A DNA stretch of 63,823 bases, filler included, from Chiloscyllium plagiosum (lineage: Eukaryota), in assembly GCF_004010195.1 (NCBI RefSeq). It is 5 parts of one record of this genome, joined end to end, with 100 filler letters (N's around TTAATTAATTAA, not from the genome) between each part and the next. Parts side by side here need not be neighbours in the genome. Positions count along the whole stretch, not along the records: positions 1 to 18,578 come from NC_057717.1; positions 18,679 to 30,136 come from NC_057717.1; 3 more parts are not named here. One strand, given 5' to 3'. The first letter of the stretch is position 1, and each line of letters opens with the position of its first letter. This document shows, piece by piece, positions 12,771 to 25,854 of this stretch. The notes under the pieces are model-generated. The model worked only from the letters and a program-made list of their open reading frames with translations, made no database searches and was not told the DNA's origin. Made by a program: the position numbers and the translations under genes.

Positions 12771-13820
12771 ATGCTGTACCATTTAGTTTATGTTGTCCCT
12801 CCTCAGTCTAACATCCAAAAAGCAATGTCTCACTTCTCGCTGTATTTCACCTGGAGGACATTGAGAGATGATAACGTATACACTGTGAGGTGTGTTTTAA
12901 TCTGCAAAGCTGGAACATTGCTTCTGAAAGTGTCATAGACCATATAATGTCCTAATTGAAACTGAAGGATGGACATTTATTCAGTACTTTTTTTATAACT
13001 TAAGGGAATGGGGAAGCAATTTCAGAAACAGAGAGATACAGAGCCAGTAACATATATACAGGATGAGTCTGTCCTGGTGATGTTTCAGACATCACTCTGT
13101 GACACAAATAAGGCAATACAACAGCAGATGGAAGACAGTCATTTTCTGGTCGTATAGAGGAAGCTTTGTTTTGTATCTGACGCCATATTATCCCTGCCCT
13201 ACTGATAGGCACCATGAAGGCGGATCTTAACTCTGTATCTAACCCCATGCTGTTTCTCTTCTGCGAAGGGTTGATGGGGACAGTGTCAGGGGTGATTCAA
13301 TCAATATCTTACCCTGGCCCGAGAGTTTCAAAAGGATTCCAGTTTACTGTTCTAGACTCCAGAAGCAACAAGAATATTTTCTGCCTAACCCAGCAGTTCC
13401 TGACTTTGACCCACAAACTTTCATCTCCCCGATCTTCCTAAATTCTAAGGATAAGACCCTGGTTTGTGTAATTTCACTCCTTTGCCATTGAACCCTTACT
13501 GGCCATCTATCAGTCTGTGAATTTGTGTTGCACTTACTTACACATGAATGCCTAAGTCCCCACTTTTTCTTACCTTTCCGTATTTATAAAGTCAATGTCA
13601 TTGCTGTGCTAACATGAAATGGCTGCCATGAACAAATTTAAAACGGCTGGCAAGCTGACACTTTCAGAAGCAATGTTCCAGCTTTGCAGATTAAAACACA
13701 CCTCACGGTGTATATGTTATCATCTCTCAATGTCCTCCAGGTGAAATACAGCGAGAAGTGAGACATTGCTTTTTAGATGTTTGACTGAGGAGGGACAACA
13801 TAAACTAAATGGTACAGCAT
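12771..13820. repeat. 165-bp inverted repeat (12771-12935 / 13656-13820), 720-bp spacer
   Basis: Direct comparison; about 4 mismatches seen over 165 bp. Confidence 0.9.
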
Positions 13821-14149
13821 TAAACTGGGTACAGGAACAGAGAAGTTTGGGTCTTGAATTCAGTCAGCACAGGAGAGAGGCAAATGTGTCAAAAGCTTTT
13901 TCCATTTGTACATTGCTGCATTGTAAAATGTTAATTTGTTTTGCAGAAGCAGGCAGTGGAAAAATCTGTTACAAAGAATACACACATTTTAATTGAAGAA
14001 GATGAAATTTCCTGAATCTGTTTAAAGTCAGTGCTCCGAGATAATTAAAAGTATAAGCAATGTCTATTTTTCCAAACTTAAAGCAGGAAAATATCATAGG
14101 AATATACAAGAGGTAATGTTAGGTCTGCTACTCAATTGTACCCATGATT

Positions 14150-14362
14150 TGGAGATGCAGGTGTTGGACTGGGATATAAAAAGTTAAAAATCACACAATA
14201 CCAAGTTATAGTCCAACAGATTTAATTGGAAGCACTAGCTTTCAGAGTGCTGCTACTTCATCAGGTGGTTGTGGAGAATAGGATGAAGAACCAGCACTCT
14301 GACAGCTCGTACTTCCAAATAAACCTGTTGGACTATAACCTGGTGTTGTGTGATTTTTAACT
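14150..14362. mobile_element. Inverted pair of PLE terminal repeats (family 3), fold-back structure
   Basis: agttaaaaatcacacaataccaagttatagtccaacag... is mirrored by ...ctgttggactataacctggtgttgtgtgatttttaact; each arm has a hammerhead-like core. Confidence 0.8.
14236..14264 (-). ncRNA. Minimal hammerhead motif (PLE family 3, GAAA-G-CUA), stem II decayed
   Basis: Minus strand: cac-CTGATGA-AGTAGCAGCACTCT-GAAA-GCTA-gtg; helix I cac/gtg; palindrome AGCT. Confidence 0.55.
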
Positions 14363-16624
14363 GAATTGTAGGTGTGAGACCTCATTCAGAATCTGTCGCA
14401 GAGTTTTAACCTGGAGTCAGGCATGTTTTATCCAGAAAACAGGAATTCACCAAGTGCCATACTGATGTATTTGGCTTCTAATTTTGTGATATCTAATTTT
14501 TTTAAATTAATTTGCAATTAAACAAATCTCCTGAATCCTTAGATACGTGGGTTTGTGAATATTTATGAGTGAAGGAGTAAATGTGACTTTGAGGGAGTGA
14601 GAGGTTGTGGTTGAGTTTGTTTGAATGAGAGATTGTGCTCAAATTTGTGATAGACATGTGTAAGATTGCACTTTTCTGTGAGATGGTGAGTTTGTAATTC
14701 TCTAGAAGTGTGCCTGTGTGCATGACTGAAAGTGAGTGCATAGCAGTGCATGTGTGTCCATATGAGAGATTGTAGATGGAACTTTACTCTTTAATCTAAC
14801 CCAGAACTGCCCCCTGGCCTTGGAGTGCTTGATATGGATAGATCTTTATTTTGTTTCTAGCCCCATTTTTCCCCGGTCCTGGAAGTTTGAGGTGGAGAAT
14901 GTGCAGAGGGACACGTACTCTGCATCTAGCCCAGTGATGTAACTGTCCTGTGTGTGTTTGATAGGGACAGTATGGGTGAGGGAGTGATTTAGTCAACATC
15001 TAGCTTCACACTGAATATTGCCTGAGGGTTTGAAAAGCTGCAGTGTAGAGTGAGCTTCATTCTGTATCTAAACCCATCCTCCACCTGTTCTACAAATTCA
15101 TCCCCTCGATTAGATTGTACTCTGTAACTCACTCCCCATTGTGTTATGCTGTGTATAAACTCGCTGAGAACAACAATAAGATTCAAATCTCTAACTCAGT
15201 ATAAACTAACTGATTGAATATTAAATTGAGAATGGGAACTGAGAAAACTGTAGTTTAATTTCTGCTACATTCTGTTTCTCCAAAAAAAATAGTGGTATGG
15301 AGTGCAGTGGTTTGATAAGACAGCTCAATACAATCAGCTTCAAGGGCTGATAGGAATGGTGGTAAATACTTGCCCAGTCATTAATGCTCACATCCCGTGA
15401 ATGAATGAAAGTAAAAATCCCTTTGCCTTCCTTATCACTTGCTGCCATGTGGTCTAAATCAATGTGAGTCTTGTTCCAAGACACTTAGATCCCTCTGTAC
15501 TTCAGAGTCCTATAACATCTCCCCAGTTAAATTAAAGGCTCTTTATCGATTCTTCCAAACATCACACTCGCCACTTTATACTGTATCAGACAAAATTTTA
15601 CCCACTTATTTGCCATCCCTATGTTAGTCAATTTGAATACCCCTTACATCCTCTTCACAATTTACCTCCCAACCCATTTTTCCAAGAAAATTTTCAATTT
15701 CAAATCAAATCTGACCTGACCTGATGCCTGTTAGAAACCTTCTGTCGCTCTCTGTCCCTTCTCTTTCCTCTCCCAAAATATCTGTAAATTGTCATATTCA
15801 TCGATTATCCATTTTAAGTTATTTCATGGTGTCCATGTTTCCTGTATAATCACAGTAAGACTTCCTCAATTCCCTTGTGCCATCCTCTGGTAATAACTGG
15901 CAGCCCGTCAGGTGTCCACCTAATATTTGGTGACACCATCACATTTGTTTTCTGTGATTTGTGTACAAGGAGCTGAACAATATTTTATAATAAATAAATA
16001 TGTACGAGAATAAAGGAGCACTTGCTGCAATGATACAGGGCCCAGGTGGTACGCACACGTGTACACACATACACACATCACTCAGAGATGTAGCCGCACA
16101 CACGTACATCACTCAATGATGTACACGCAAACAGTCACTCAGTGACATGGAGTGACAAAAGAATAGTGGGATTTGCTAATATTAAATCTGCATTAAACAA
16201 TCCTTGGATGTCAGATTAACACAGAACAAACACACAACTCAGACTCAAGACTCAGCTCTCTCTGACACTGAGAGACACTCCATATTGGAATCAATTGCTT
16301 TGATTGGGAGCAGGACATTACACTATGGGATTAGGACGCCTGTTCATGTGACTGTTAAGTAGCAGGAATCTAATCAGGAATCAGAACAGAACAAAGAGAG
16401 TCAAACAAAGAACATAAGTTTGTGGAATAGTTCACTTCCTGTTGAGAATGTTGAACTGGTGATATTTTGGCCCTGTGCTGTCAGAGTTAAGAGTCCAGGG
16501 ACTTGTCTTTCTATGTTTGTTTATCTTGGTGGGTGTGGTGTCAGATTGGGACAGTTGAGAATGAATTTAAATCTGCATCTCTTCTCCGAATACAGTTGTC
16601 CTTCAAATGTTTGATTGGTACATC

Positions 16625-16835
16625 ATCGATGGGGATTTACTCTATATCATACGCAGCGCTGTACCTCTCCTGGGCGTATATGATGGGGACAGTGCAGAAG
16701 GAGCTTGCTCTGCATCTTACCCTGTGCTGTCCCTGTCCTGATGGGGACAATACAGAAGGTGCTTTACTCTGCATCTTACCCTGTGCTGTCTCTGTCCTGG
16801 GAATGCATGATGGGGACATTTTAGAGAAAGCTTTA
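16625..16835 (+). repeat. Degenerate ~60-70-bp minisatellite (tgatggggacagtg...gctttactctgcatcttaccctgtgctgt)
   Basis: About 3 tandem units here; related units at ~13200-13330, 14770-15080 and 17450-17700. Confidence 0.7.
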
Positions 16836-16839
16836 CCTT

Positions 16840-17310
16840 GGAACATAGGAACGGGAACAGGACATTCAGCCCCTCCAATCTGTTCGATCCATCAATGGGA
16901 TCATGGCTGATCTGTGGCCTAACTACACGTTCCTTCCTTTGGCTCATATCCCTTAATACCTTTGCTGAACAAAAATGTATCTGTCTCAGATTTAAACTGA
17001 ATAACTGATCCAGCATCTGTCTCCATGTGTGCAGGAGAGTTCCATGCCTCTTCCATTCTTTGTGTGCCAAAGTGCTTCCTAATGTTTCTCCAGAATTGTC
17101 TGGCCCTAATTCTCACACCCTTATCCCTCTTGTTTGAGAATTTCCAGCCAGTGGAAATGATTTATCTTTAAAAATCCTGTCTTTTCCTGCTAACATCTTG
17201 AAGACTTCAATCAGGTCACCCCTTAACCATCTAAATTTTCAAGAAAGCAGACCTTAATTGAGTAATTCCTGAAATCCAGGTGTCATTCTTGTAAACCTAC
17301 TTTCTCCTCC
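16840..17310 (-). mobile_element. CR1 LINE 3' fragment
   Basis: RIRARQFWRNIRKHFGTQRMEEAWNS...FKSETDTFL..KGIKGY on the minus strand. Confidence 0.85.
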
Positions 17311-18578
17311 CTCTTTGTCGTCCAACTTGATAACCACACACTTGCTTGTACTCAGCTCCATTTGACGCAGTTTTTCTCATTTACCCCAGTCTACCAATAT
17401 CCTGTTGTCATTTTATGTTATTATTTATATCATCTACAATACTGCATAACCTGTGCTCTACCTGTCCCAGGAATGTTCAATTGGGTTAATGTAGAGAGAT
17501 CTGTACTCCAAGACTCTTGGATTGAGAAAGTATATACTTTGCATCTAGTCCAGTGATGTATTTACCCTGAACATGTTTGACGGGTACAGAGGCGATGTTC
17601 GAATTATATGTAACCCCACACTGAACGTGGCGTGGGAATTTGAAAAGCCGCAGTGTAGAGGAAAGCTTTCATTCTGCATTTGACTCCATTCTATACCTGG
17701 CCTGAAGTTTTACATTGTGACAATTTAGATATGGGAGTTTGGTGAATAGGCAAGAGAGCTGAAATAATGTGAGATGTGAAGTGACGCTTGTTGGATGTTA
17801 GACTGAGAGCAAGATAAACGAAATAGTCAAATGTTAAATTGGGAGTAGGAACACAGAAAGCTGCTGGTTAATCTTTGCACCCTTACACATTGCCAAGTTT
17901 CAGTTTGAGGCTGCAACACTGTCAATGTCAGCAGCATGTTTTCAGTCTGACATTAATGCGTCCAAAGAAATGTGAATTCTCTTTGCAGAGGTTGAAATGG
18001 AGACAACTCTCTGCAAGTGATTTAAGTGCAAATTCCAGAACCTGTTTCAGAACCTAAGGAAATGCCTGAGACAATGAATGATTCAAATACACAGAAACTG
18101 AAATTTCAGCTCGGCCACTGAAGGTTTGTAGCCTTGTCCAGAATTTGTCGCAGATTTTGACTCATGTGTGCATTATCCCAAGATCATGTGTTTATCAAAT
18201 CCCACACTGACATGTTCACTGTGTTGTCTAAAATTAAAATAAATTAATGCATCTGCAAATAAACAAAGCTCTTGAATGGAACTTTATGTGTCTGTTGGCA
18301 GATAGGTAGCATTGTAACCAGTATGGTAGTGAAATTGTAAAAAGAATGGGGAAAAATAGAGGGGGGGTATAGTTCAATGTAGGCAAGTGTGAGAAGTGAC
18401 TCAAGTAGTGTAGTTAATGTCTTCAACATGTAAAGGATCATTCCAATTTGGGATTATTTTCAGCAAGAGGCAATTAGTTCCAGGCCAATTTTAATTTTTC
18501 AGTGCAGCCCTACAATAATCTGACACCTTTCCCTTACTGGCGTACCGACCTCTACACCGCTGAGGCCAAACGCCAGCT

Positions 18579-18678
18579 NNNNNNNNNNNNNNNNNNNNNN
18601 NNNNNNNNNNNNNNNNNNNNNNTTAATTAATTAANNNNNNNNNNNNNNNNNNNNNNNNNNNNNNNNNNNNNNNNNNNN
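18579..18678. other. Artificial scaffolding linker N44-TTAATTAATTAA-N44
   Basis: Identical 100-bp construct at four places in the window. Confidence 0.95.
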
Positions 18679-20479
18679 TACTCTTCTCATATCTCCAATA
18701 CCCAATCTTTAATCAATATGGTATATATTCCAACCCTACCTACCCATGGACTCTAACATTCTCCACTCAGCCGTATTCAAACATGTCAAACGTATTATGA
18801 AAAGTCAAATACTCCACTCCCACTGCTTCTTAATTGTCGATTTCACAGCGGACAATCTCCACTACCCCCAGCAGGTTTAGCAACGATCATTTCCCTTTCC
18901 TGAATCTAGTCCGAATGCACCAAATCGTATCATTATTCTCCATGTGTCTAGTTGTCACATTCCTCATAAAAGGTTACAATCTTTTTCTCACAGCTGACAT
19001 CCAGCTATTTAATTTTCTGTTTTCCCTCCCCATCCTGTTTTAAATATTTAGTGGAACAATAACTGCTTTCCAGACTGCAGCATCTTTTACAGAATCTAAC
19101 CAGCTTTGAAGAAGAATCAGCCATTCTTTTATTAGCTCTGTAGCCACCTCCTCAATACTCTGGGATGGAGCTCATCAGATGCAGCAACTTATGAAACTTC
19201 ATCTCAATTTGATTTTCAAAACATACTTTTCATTAATTCTAATTTCCTGTAGTCCATCATTTTACCAGTCACTCTGTTTCCTTGTTTTTATCTGAAAGTT
19301 AGTTTCTGTACGTTCTCGTACAGAGATGGAACCAATGTATTCGTCTCAGCAGGCATTTGGCTTCTGTCAGCTAGCAATACATCAGAGGGCTACACTACAG
19401 AGATGGTGGATATATTAGCCACTCCTGCGTGGAAAGTTCCAGAATCGAAACATTTCTCTTCATGGTAAGTGTCAGCACAGTCCTATCCCTGGTGTGAAGC
19501 TACAGGTTATACTGAAGAAGGAGACACAGCTCAGTGAACATCTCATTTTTGAAACAAGCTGATTTCACACTTTACGCTTAGGCAAATGACCCTGGAAATC
19601 CCAGGGATGATAGTGCAGTGCCCTGCTCCTCCTCGTGTACAGAGCTTCCCTTCTGTGTAGTCTCACTTCCATTTGTTTCCCATGGACCCAGTCGCTCTGT
19701 AAATGCAGTATCCAGGGTGGCGTCCCCAGACCCACTGCGATCCCTGAATGGACCCTGCAGTTGACAATACAAAGCTGGAAACACCATCCAAAGAAACTTC
19801 ACTGACGTTCTGATGACACCAGCAAGTCAAATCCCCGACATCCATGGTGCACCCAATCAGGGTTGTAAATGCCTCCCTCTCCTCAGTTTCTCTTCCTAGC
19901 TAAGAAAGCTGTTACGTCTCCACACAGTCCCACAGGAACAGTTCATCTGTCTAAAGAAGCTATTGACAATGTAACATTTTATTTCTCTGTATCTCAGCCA
20001 CGAGACGGGCGGCACCAGTATTGCCGATGAAATTGATCACTGCACTTAGAGAAGAGAGATAGAGGGAACATAACTCACTTTAAACATGGACATAGCAATA
20101 ATGACGTGATATTCAGGAATATCGAAAAAGGGAAAATGTTAGAGAAACTTCCCATTCTATGTTCATTCCAGTTCATCATCAGCAATCCTTCTGCTTGCTT
20201 TGCCTCTCCCTTGCTCTGTCTCTCTTTTGCTGAACGTTTCTCTATCCATTCAACTCAAACCTCCCACTCACCCTTCTAACCATTCCTGATATAAATAATA
20301 TTATTTCCCAGTTGCATTAAGTTTTGATAGGGTCCCTGAACTCGAAACGCTATCTATGTTTATCCAGACAGAGATACATGCCCGCTGAGATTCTCTAACA
20401 CTTCTCGATGCTGAAGAATTTTATGTCAGATCTCAAGTATCCACAGTTCCTTCGTTTAATTCACTTTTAATGTTGTTGT

Positions 20480-20790
20480 TTCCCAGGATGCCAACATTCG
20501 TTGTCCATCACTAATTGCTCTTCACTGTGAGGCCATTTGTCAAGAAAATATGGAGCCAATCATATTGTTGTGGGTCAGAATTCACACTTCGTTCATACTG
20601 GGCAAAAATGTTAAGGATCTTTACAAAAGGTTATCAGTAAAATAAGGAAAAAATAAATCTGGTACGTTATGGTTGCCACGAGTGAATTTCGGTTTCATTC
20701 CAATTTTTATCATTCGAATTTCTGATCTGTCATCGGCTGTGATAGGATTTGAAACAATGCTTTCAGAGTCATAGCCTGTGCCTCTGAATT
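20480..20790 (-). mobile_element. Degenerate SINE (second family; same as 27210-27645)
   Basis: Reverse complement has a tRNA-like B box (gtttcaaatcc), a similar central domain and tail. Confidence 0.5.
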
Positions 20791-20845
20791 ACACAGTCAG
20801 TGATATTATTACTCTGATAGAGTGCCCCTGCTGTGAAGTAACTGT

Positions 20846-20926
20846 AGAGACAAGAACAAGTTTGCGGACAAAATATTTGTAACGGGAGACAAGAACAAGT
20901 TTGCGGACAAAATATTTGTAACGGGG
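20846..20926 (+). repeat. ~40-bp tandem duplication
   Basis: gagacaagaacaagtttgcggacaaaatatttgtaacgg occurs twice in tandem. Confidence 0.85.
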
Positions 20927-21769
20927 AAGAGAGGTCAGAAGAGAAGTGAAGCCATAAAATCTGAAGTTAACAAAGGGGTAGGTGACAAGCTCATTCAGCA
21001 ACAGCACTGAGGCAGAAGCGGAGACTGGGGATATTTTAGAGGCGGATTTTGACCGTATTAAAGACAGAGACAATCCAGAATTGTAAAACGGTTTAAGGTA
21101 AAAAGGGNNNNNNNNNNNNNNNNNNNNNNNNNNNNNNNNNNNNNNNNNNNNTCCATTGTTGGAACATTCCAGTCTAATGTTCTCAGATTCTGATCTCTCC
21201 ATCTCCCTGTAGCTGTTGATCCCAATCGTGTTGAGAATGACGCTGTCCCAAATACGATGGCACAACAAGTTGATAGAAGCCCCTAATTAGGGAAGAGGGA
21301 AACCATACAGTGATACAGTTAGGTCCAGGAAGACTGATATTAATCAGTCACTGAACAAAAAGCTCCAATTAACCCCTTTCACAACCACCCTGACATATTC
21401 CAATAATACTTGGACTGGATGGAATGTTGACATCGCTGACTGTTGGGTGAATGGCACATCTTCAATTGTAAAGTTAGAGATGAGGGAGGGAGATAATTCT
21501 TTTTCTTCACAAGCTCGATGATTTTACTGTGTTTTGGCAGAGTAGGAATTGCTGGGCACCGACGCCATCTGTGTCTGATCACCAGGCTTGCTGCACTCTT
21601 TCGGTTGATGTAGCTATATTTAACTTTGACATATATCTGACCATCATTTAATGGCTTTGGTGGGGTTAGGCATTTTTGAGAGGCGACTACAATGCCACAG
21701 ATGGTGTAGATATAGTCTATTCCTCGTGGCCCTTGCAGCCACGGCCTGGTCCTGTGGAGTGATGGTCAA

Positions 21770-22259
21770 ACTCTCCCAGAACCAGGATTCTTAGTTTTAC
21801 CTTTTGTCAGTTATTGCTGGGGTCTCAGCAGGGTTGGAAGGCAGTAAATCTCTCCCGACCGCTACTCTCTCTCTCTCAGAAATTTCTCTCAGAATTATTT
21901 TTGGTGTTCTTTCCTCCTGGATTGGAGAACTGCATGTGAGACAATCTGTTACCTGATTTTGTTTTTCGACATGTGAGTATTTCTAGGATGTTACTATATT
22001 GGAGCAGTTACTGTTGGTTGAATAATCTATTATTCTGTTAAGTTTTCCAAAAGAATTAAGTTATTCCAAGATCCTCTTGCTTTCATTATATTTTGTCTAC
22101 TGTATTTGAATAGATTGTGGTTTGCTTAATATTGAATATTTTGACCAATCGAATTGTATCTGAAACACAGCACCCACATTTACCTTTGAAATAAGAAAAC
22201 GCTCGGGTCGAGATTACCGTCTCCGTGTACTTTGAGGGGATCTGCTCTGGTCCATAACA
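21770..22259. mobile_element. Probable solo LTR
   Basis: Non-coding; ends ...tctggtccataaca (TGTTA terminus on the opposite strand), as in gypsy-type LTR ends; left boundary uncertain. Confidence 0.4.
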
Positions 22260-23824
22260 GAGGGACAGATATTCATTGTTCGCTTGGGTAATGACTTAAT
22301 AGACAACATGTTGCAGAAATATGGAGTTTGGCAGCAGAATGGGCCGACCTGGTGGAGTGACAGTTATGTCAGGAGTTATATCGGATACTCATTCCTCCTC
22401 ACAATTCCAGCCCGGAACATATAAGGCAAGACGAGATATCTGTTCATCATGAAACGCTGCGTAGACAAGTGTACTGCTAGTGTACTGCCAGAAATCAATC
22501 CAGGATCGAACAAGGTTCAGGGCTTACAAATTGAGCACTGGTGAAATTTTTAAATGGCTCATGGGCACACGGTTGAGCTTTCTCAGTTCAGAGCTGTCCT
22601 GCACAATTTACACTGAGCATGGCAGATAAGGGACAATTATNNNNNNNNNNNNNNNNNNNNNNNNNNNNNNNNNNNNNNNNNNNNNNNNNNNNNNNNNNNN
22701 NNNNNNNNNNNNNNNNNNNNNNNNNNNNNNNNNNNNNNNNNNNNNNNNNNNNNNNNNNNNNNNNNNNNNNNNNNNNNNNNNNNNNNNNNNNNNNNNNNNN
22801 NNNNNNNNNNNNNNNNNNNNNNNNNNNNNNNNNNNNNNNNNNNNNNNAAATATACTGCACCATTCAGACAAAGGAAGCACCTAAACAGTTGAAGACTCAC
22901 TCCTTTCTTGAATAAAGGCGCCACATTAGAGTTTCTCCAGTTTCGCTGGAACTCTCCTGTAATCGAGAGAGTTATGGAATATTTCGCACAGTGCCACCAG
23001 TCACTGTGTAACCACTTCTTCTAAAACCAGCTGTGAATTACTGCTAACCTGTCTACCCTTATTCTTACCTGTTTGGTTAAAAAAAAGTTTCTTTTATTAG
23101 AGACAGTTCAAGAACTTCCATCCGACTAGTTTTGTTTATATTATTGAATTACTTTGTGCCTTCCCCTGTGAGGAACGATGTAAAATATTATTTTACATTC
23201 TCTGCCTGTTCCATGAAAACAGTTCCCCAGTCACATCCTCCAGGTGTTCCACATATACTTTCCTGCCTTTCTTCCAAGGGTCTCACACACACATCATGAA
23301 CGTTTTATAATTGATATGGAAAAACTCTTGCGGATAATTTTATTTTTTTTATATTTCTTGCCAGTTTTGGCATATTTTCCTTTCTATTTTACTTTATCAA
23401 ATCTGCTTCTGATTCCGAAAATAAAATAAACTTCCCAAATGTGGCCAATGCTAGATCTCACCAACCTGAATTCTTTAGTTTGTGATTGATTAGTTATCTT
23501 TTACAGCCTTTGTGCATCATGGGGAGGGGAGGGGGGTGTTATCTTCACATCTTCATATCATCTTCCTTTTGACCAGAGTCAATGATTGATGAGGGTTATG
23601 AAGTATCTACTGAAATGTCTCCCCCACACATCTCCTGACCTTTACCTGACTAATTTCACATCCCGTTTTAGATCAGATATAAGACAGAAATCTGCAATTG
23701 AAATGCCTGGCTCTTTTCAATCATTCAGGGGGAACCTCTGTATACAGCTGAACACATGATCAGTTGAAAATGACTTCGTTCTCCCAGTTTCTCTGGCTCT
23801 GCCACTTCTGTTCGATGATGCCAC

Positions 23825-24420
23825 ATTCCTTTGGGAAGCCCCCGACATGACCAGCTTTTTTCTCATAAAAGAAACCCCCTAACTCAGGTGGACAGGGCCT
23901 TCAGCTGTGAATGCCCCATCTCCCGCGGCATCACCCTCACTCCGTCGCCTTCTTCCCAGAACAATGATAGACCTCCCCTTGTCCTCACTTCTTACTGCAC
24001 TAGAATCCACATTCACAGAATCATCCTCCGCCACTTCTACCACCTCCAGCAGGACAGCACCATCAAACACATCTTCCCCTCCCGTCCACTGTCAGTATTT
24101 CACAGGGACTATCCCCTCTATGACACGCTCCATCACCCCTAGCACTTCCCCACTCCCCCATGGCACCTTCCCCTGCAAATGCAGAAGCTGTAACACTTGC
24201 CCATTCCCCTCTTCCCACCTCACTGTCCATGGCCCCAATCATACCTTCCAGATGAAGCAACATTTCACTTGTACTCTTTCAATCCAGTCTCCTGTCATTG
24301 CTGCTCACAATGCAGTCTCCTTTACACTGGGGAGACCAGAGACTGCCTTGAGGAACATTCCCACTCTGTCTGTAGGAATGACCCAGAACTTCTGATTTCT
24401 CTCCATTTCAATAAATACCT
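23825..24420 (+). mobile_element. Penelope-like element fragment (RT C-terminus to GIY-YIG)
   Basis: DRPPLVLT...IILRHFYHLQQD; GTFPCKCRSCNTCP; CCSQCSLLYTGET. Confidence 0.85.
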
Positions 24421-24429
24421 TGCCCTCAA

Positions 24430-25125
24430 GCTAATGAGAATTCTTGGAGGAGGTAACAAGCAGGTTACATCAAGGAGAGCCAATGGGAGTTATCTATATG
24501 GACTTCCAGAAGGCCTCTGATAAGGTGCCGCACAGGAGGTTGCTGAGTAAGACAAGGTCGCATGGTGTTAGAGGCCAGGTATTAACATGGATAAAGTGTT
24601 GGCTGTCTTGGAGGAGGCAGGACGGGGATACAATAGTCCTCAGGATTGCAGCCGGTGACCAGTAGTTTTTCACAAGGGTCAGTGCTGCGACCACAATATT
24701 TCACTTTATAGGTTAATGATTTGGACGGCAGAACTGTGGGCATTCTGGCTACGTTTGCAGATGATGCAAAGATAGGTGGATGGGCAGGTAGTATTGAGGA
24801 GGCAGGGAGCCTGCAGAAAGATTTAGATAGTATAGGAGAGTGGGAAAAGGAGTAGCAGATGTAATACAAAGTGGGAGAGTGTGAGGTCTTGCACTTTGGT
24901 ATGAAGAATACAGACATGGAATATTTACTAAATGGGAAGAAAATTCAGAAATCTGAAGTTCAAAGGGACTTCGGATTCTAAGCCAGGATTTACCGAAGAT
25001 AAACTTGCAGGTTGAGTCATTAGTTAAGAAGGCTAATACGATGTTATCATTCATCTCGAGAGGACTACAATATAAAAGTGGGAATGTTGAGGCTTTCTAA
25101 GGGTCTGGCCAGACCAGATTTCCAG
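24430..25125 (+). mobile_element. CR1 LINE RT fragment
   Basis: VIYMDFQKASDKVPHRRLL; FADDAKIGG; many stops. Confidence 0.9.
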
Positions 25126-25129
25126 GATT

Positions 25130-25230
25130 TACACTTCCTGATGAAGGGCTCTGACCTGGAACATTGATTTTCTTGCACTTTGGATACTGCCCGACCAGCT
25201 GTGCTTTTCCAGCAACACACACCCAACTCT
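25130..25230 (+). mobile_element. Solo PLE terminal repeat (family 1) with decayed hammerhead
   Basis: cttcctgatgaagggctctgacctggaacattga...gctgtgcttttccagca. Confidence 0.7.
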
Positions 25231-25854
25231 GTGAGTATCTACATGTGGTTGCCGGTCTGACAGTCTTTGTGTTGCTTAAAATGACACAGTCTCTCCCGCA
25301 GCTAGCCTCCCCATCCTACTGCAGCGACGGTGGCAGAGTATGATAACCCTTGAGGATTCAGTCTGGGAGGGAGAGAGGGAGGGAACCAGCTCACAGCACC
25401 ATCCAACCTGACAGCACCATCAACACACACAACTTAACAACCCTCCCACTCCCCCCCCCCCCCCCCACACACACACACACAATGCTGGTAGATGGAGGTT
25501 TATAAATATACTTGGGCCTGTCAGAATGGAAATGCTCACCTCCGAGTAAACCATTTTGTCAGGAGATGAGAAGAATGTAATTCTCCTTCTGTGTCTTCCA
25601 ATGCTTAAAAATTATGTGATAAAGTATTGGAAAGTCCTGAGAAAGGCCTAGCAATGGTTGTAATATTGCTCAATATTGACGAAACTGGTCTGTGTGTTCA
25701 ATGATATGATTTGAAAAACCACCAGCCATGCAATATCAGAGATCAACAGTAAAGGATTTGTTCCCTTCTCAGAGAGTAAAAAAAAACTCTGCCACTGATG
25801 CAATGGTGTGGGGAGACTAGCAGAGTGTAGTATTATATGAATCTGTTCAGAAAA

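Noticed and set aside
12771..13820. DNA transposon/MITE with 165-bp TIRs
   Set aside because: One arm is continuous with an old CR1 remnant, and no TSD flanks the whole unit.
16200..16445. Promoter (CCAAT boxes, ETS-like ACTTCCTG)
   Set aside because: Short motifs only, with no linked first exon or CpG island.
18623..18634. TTAA piggyBac site or biological palindrome
   Set aside because: It is centred in identical N44 flanks four times, so it is a synthetic linker.
19578..19802. Ig V-like motif (RDRSGSGDATL)
   Set aside because: No conserved Cys/Trp framework, YYC motif or RSS visible.
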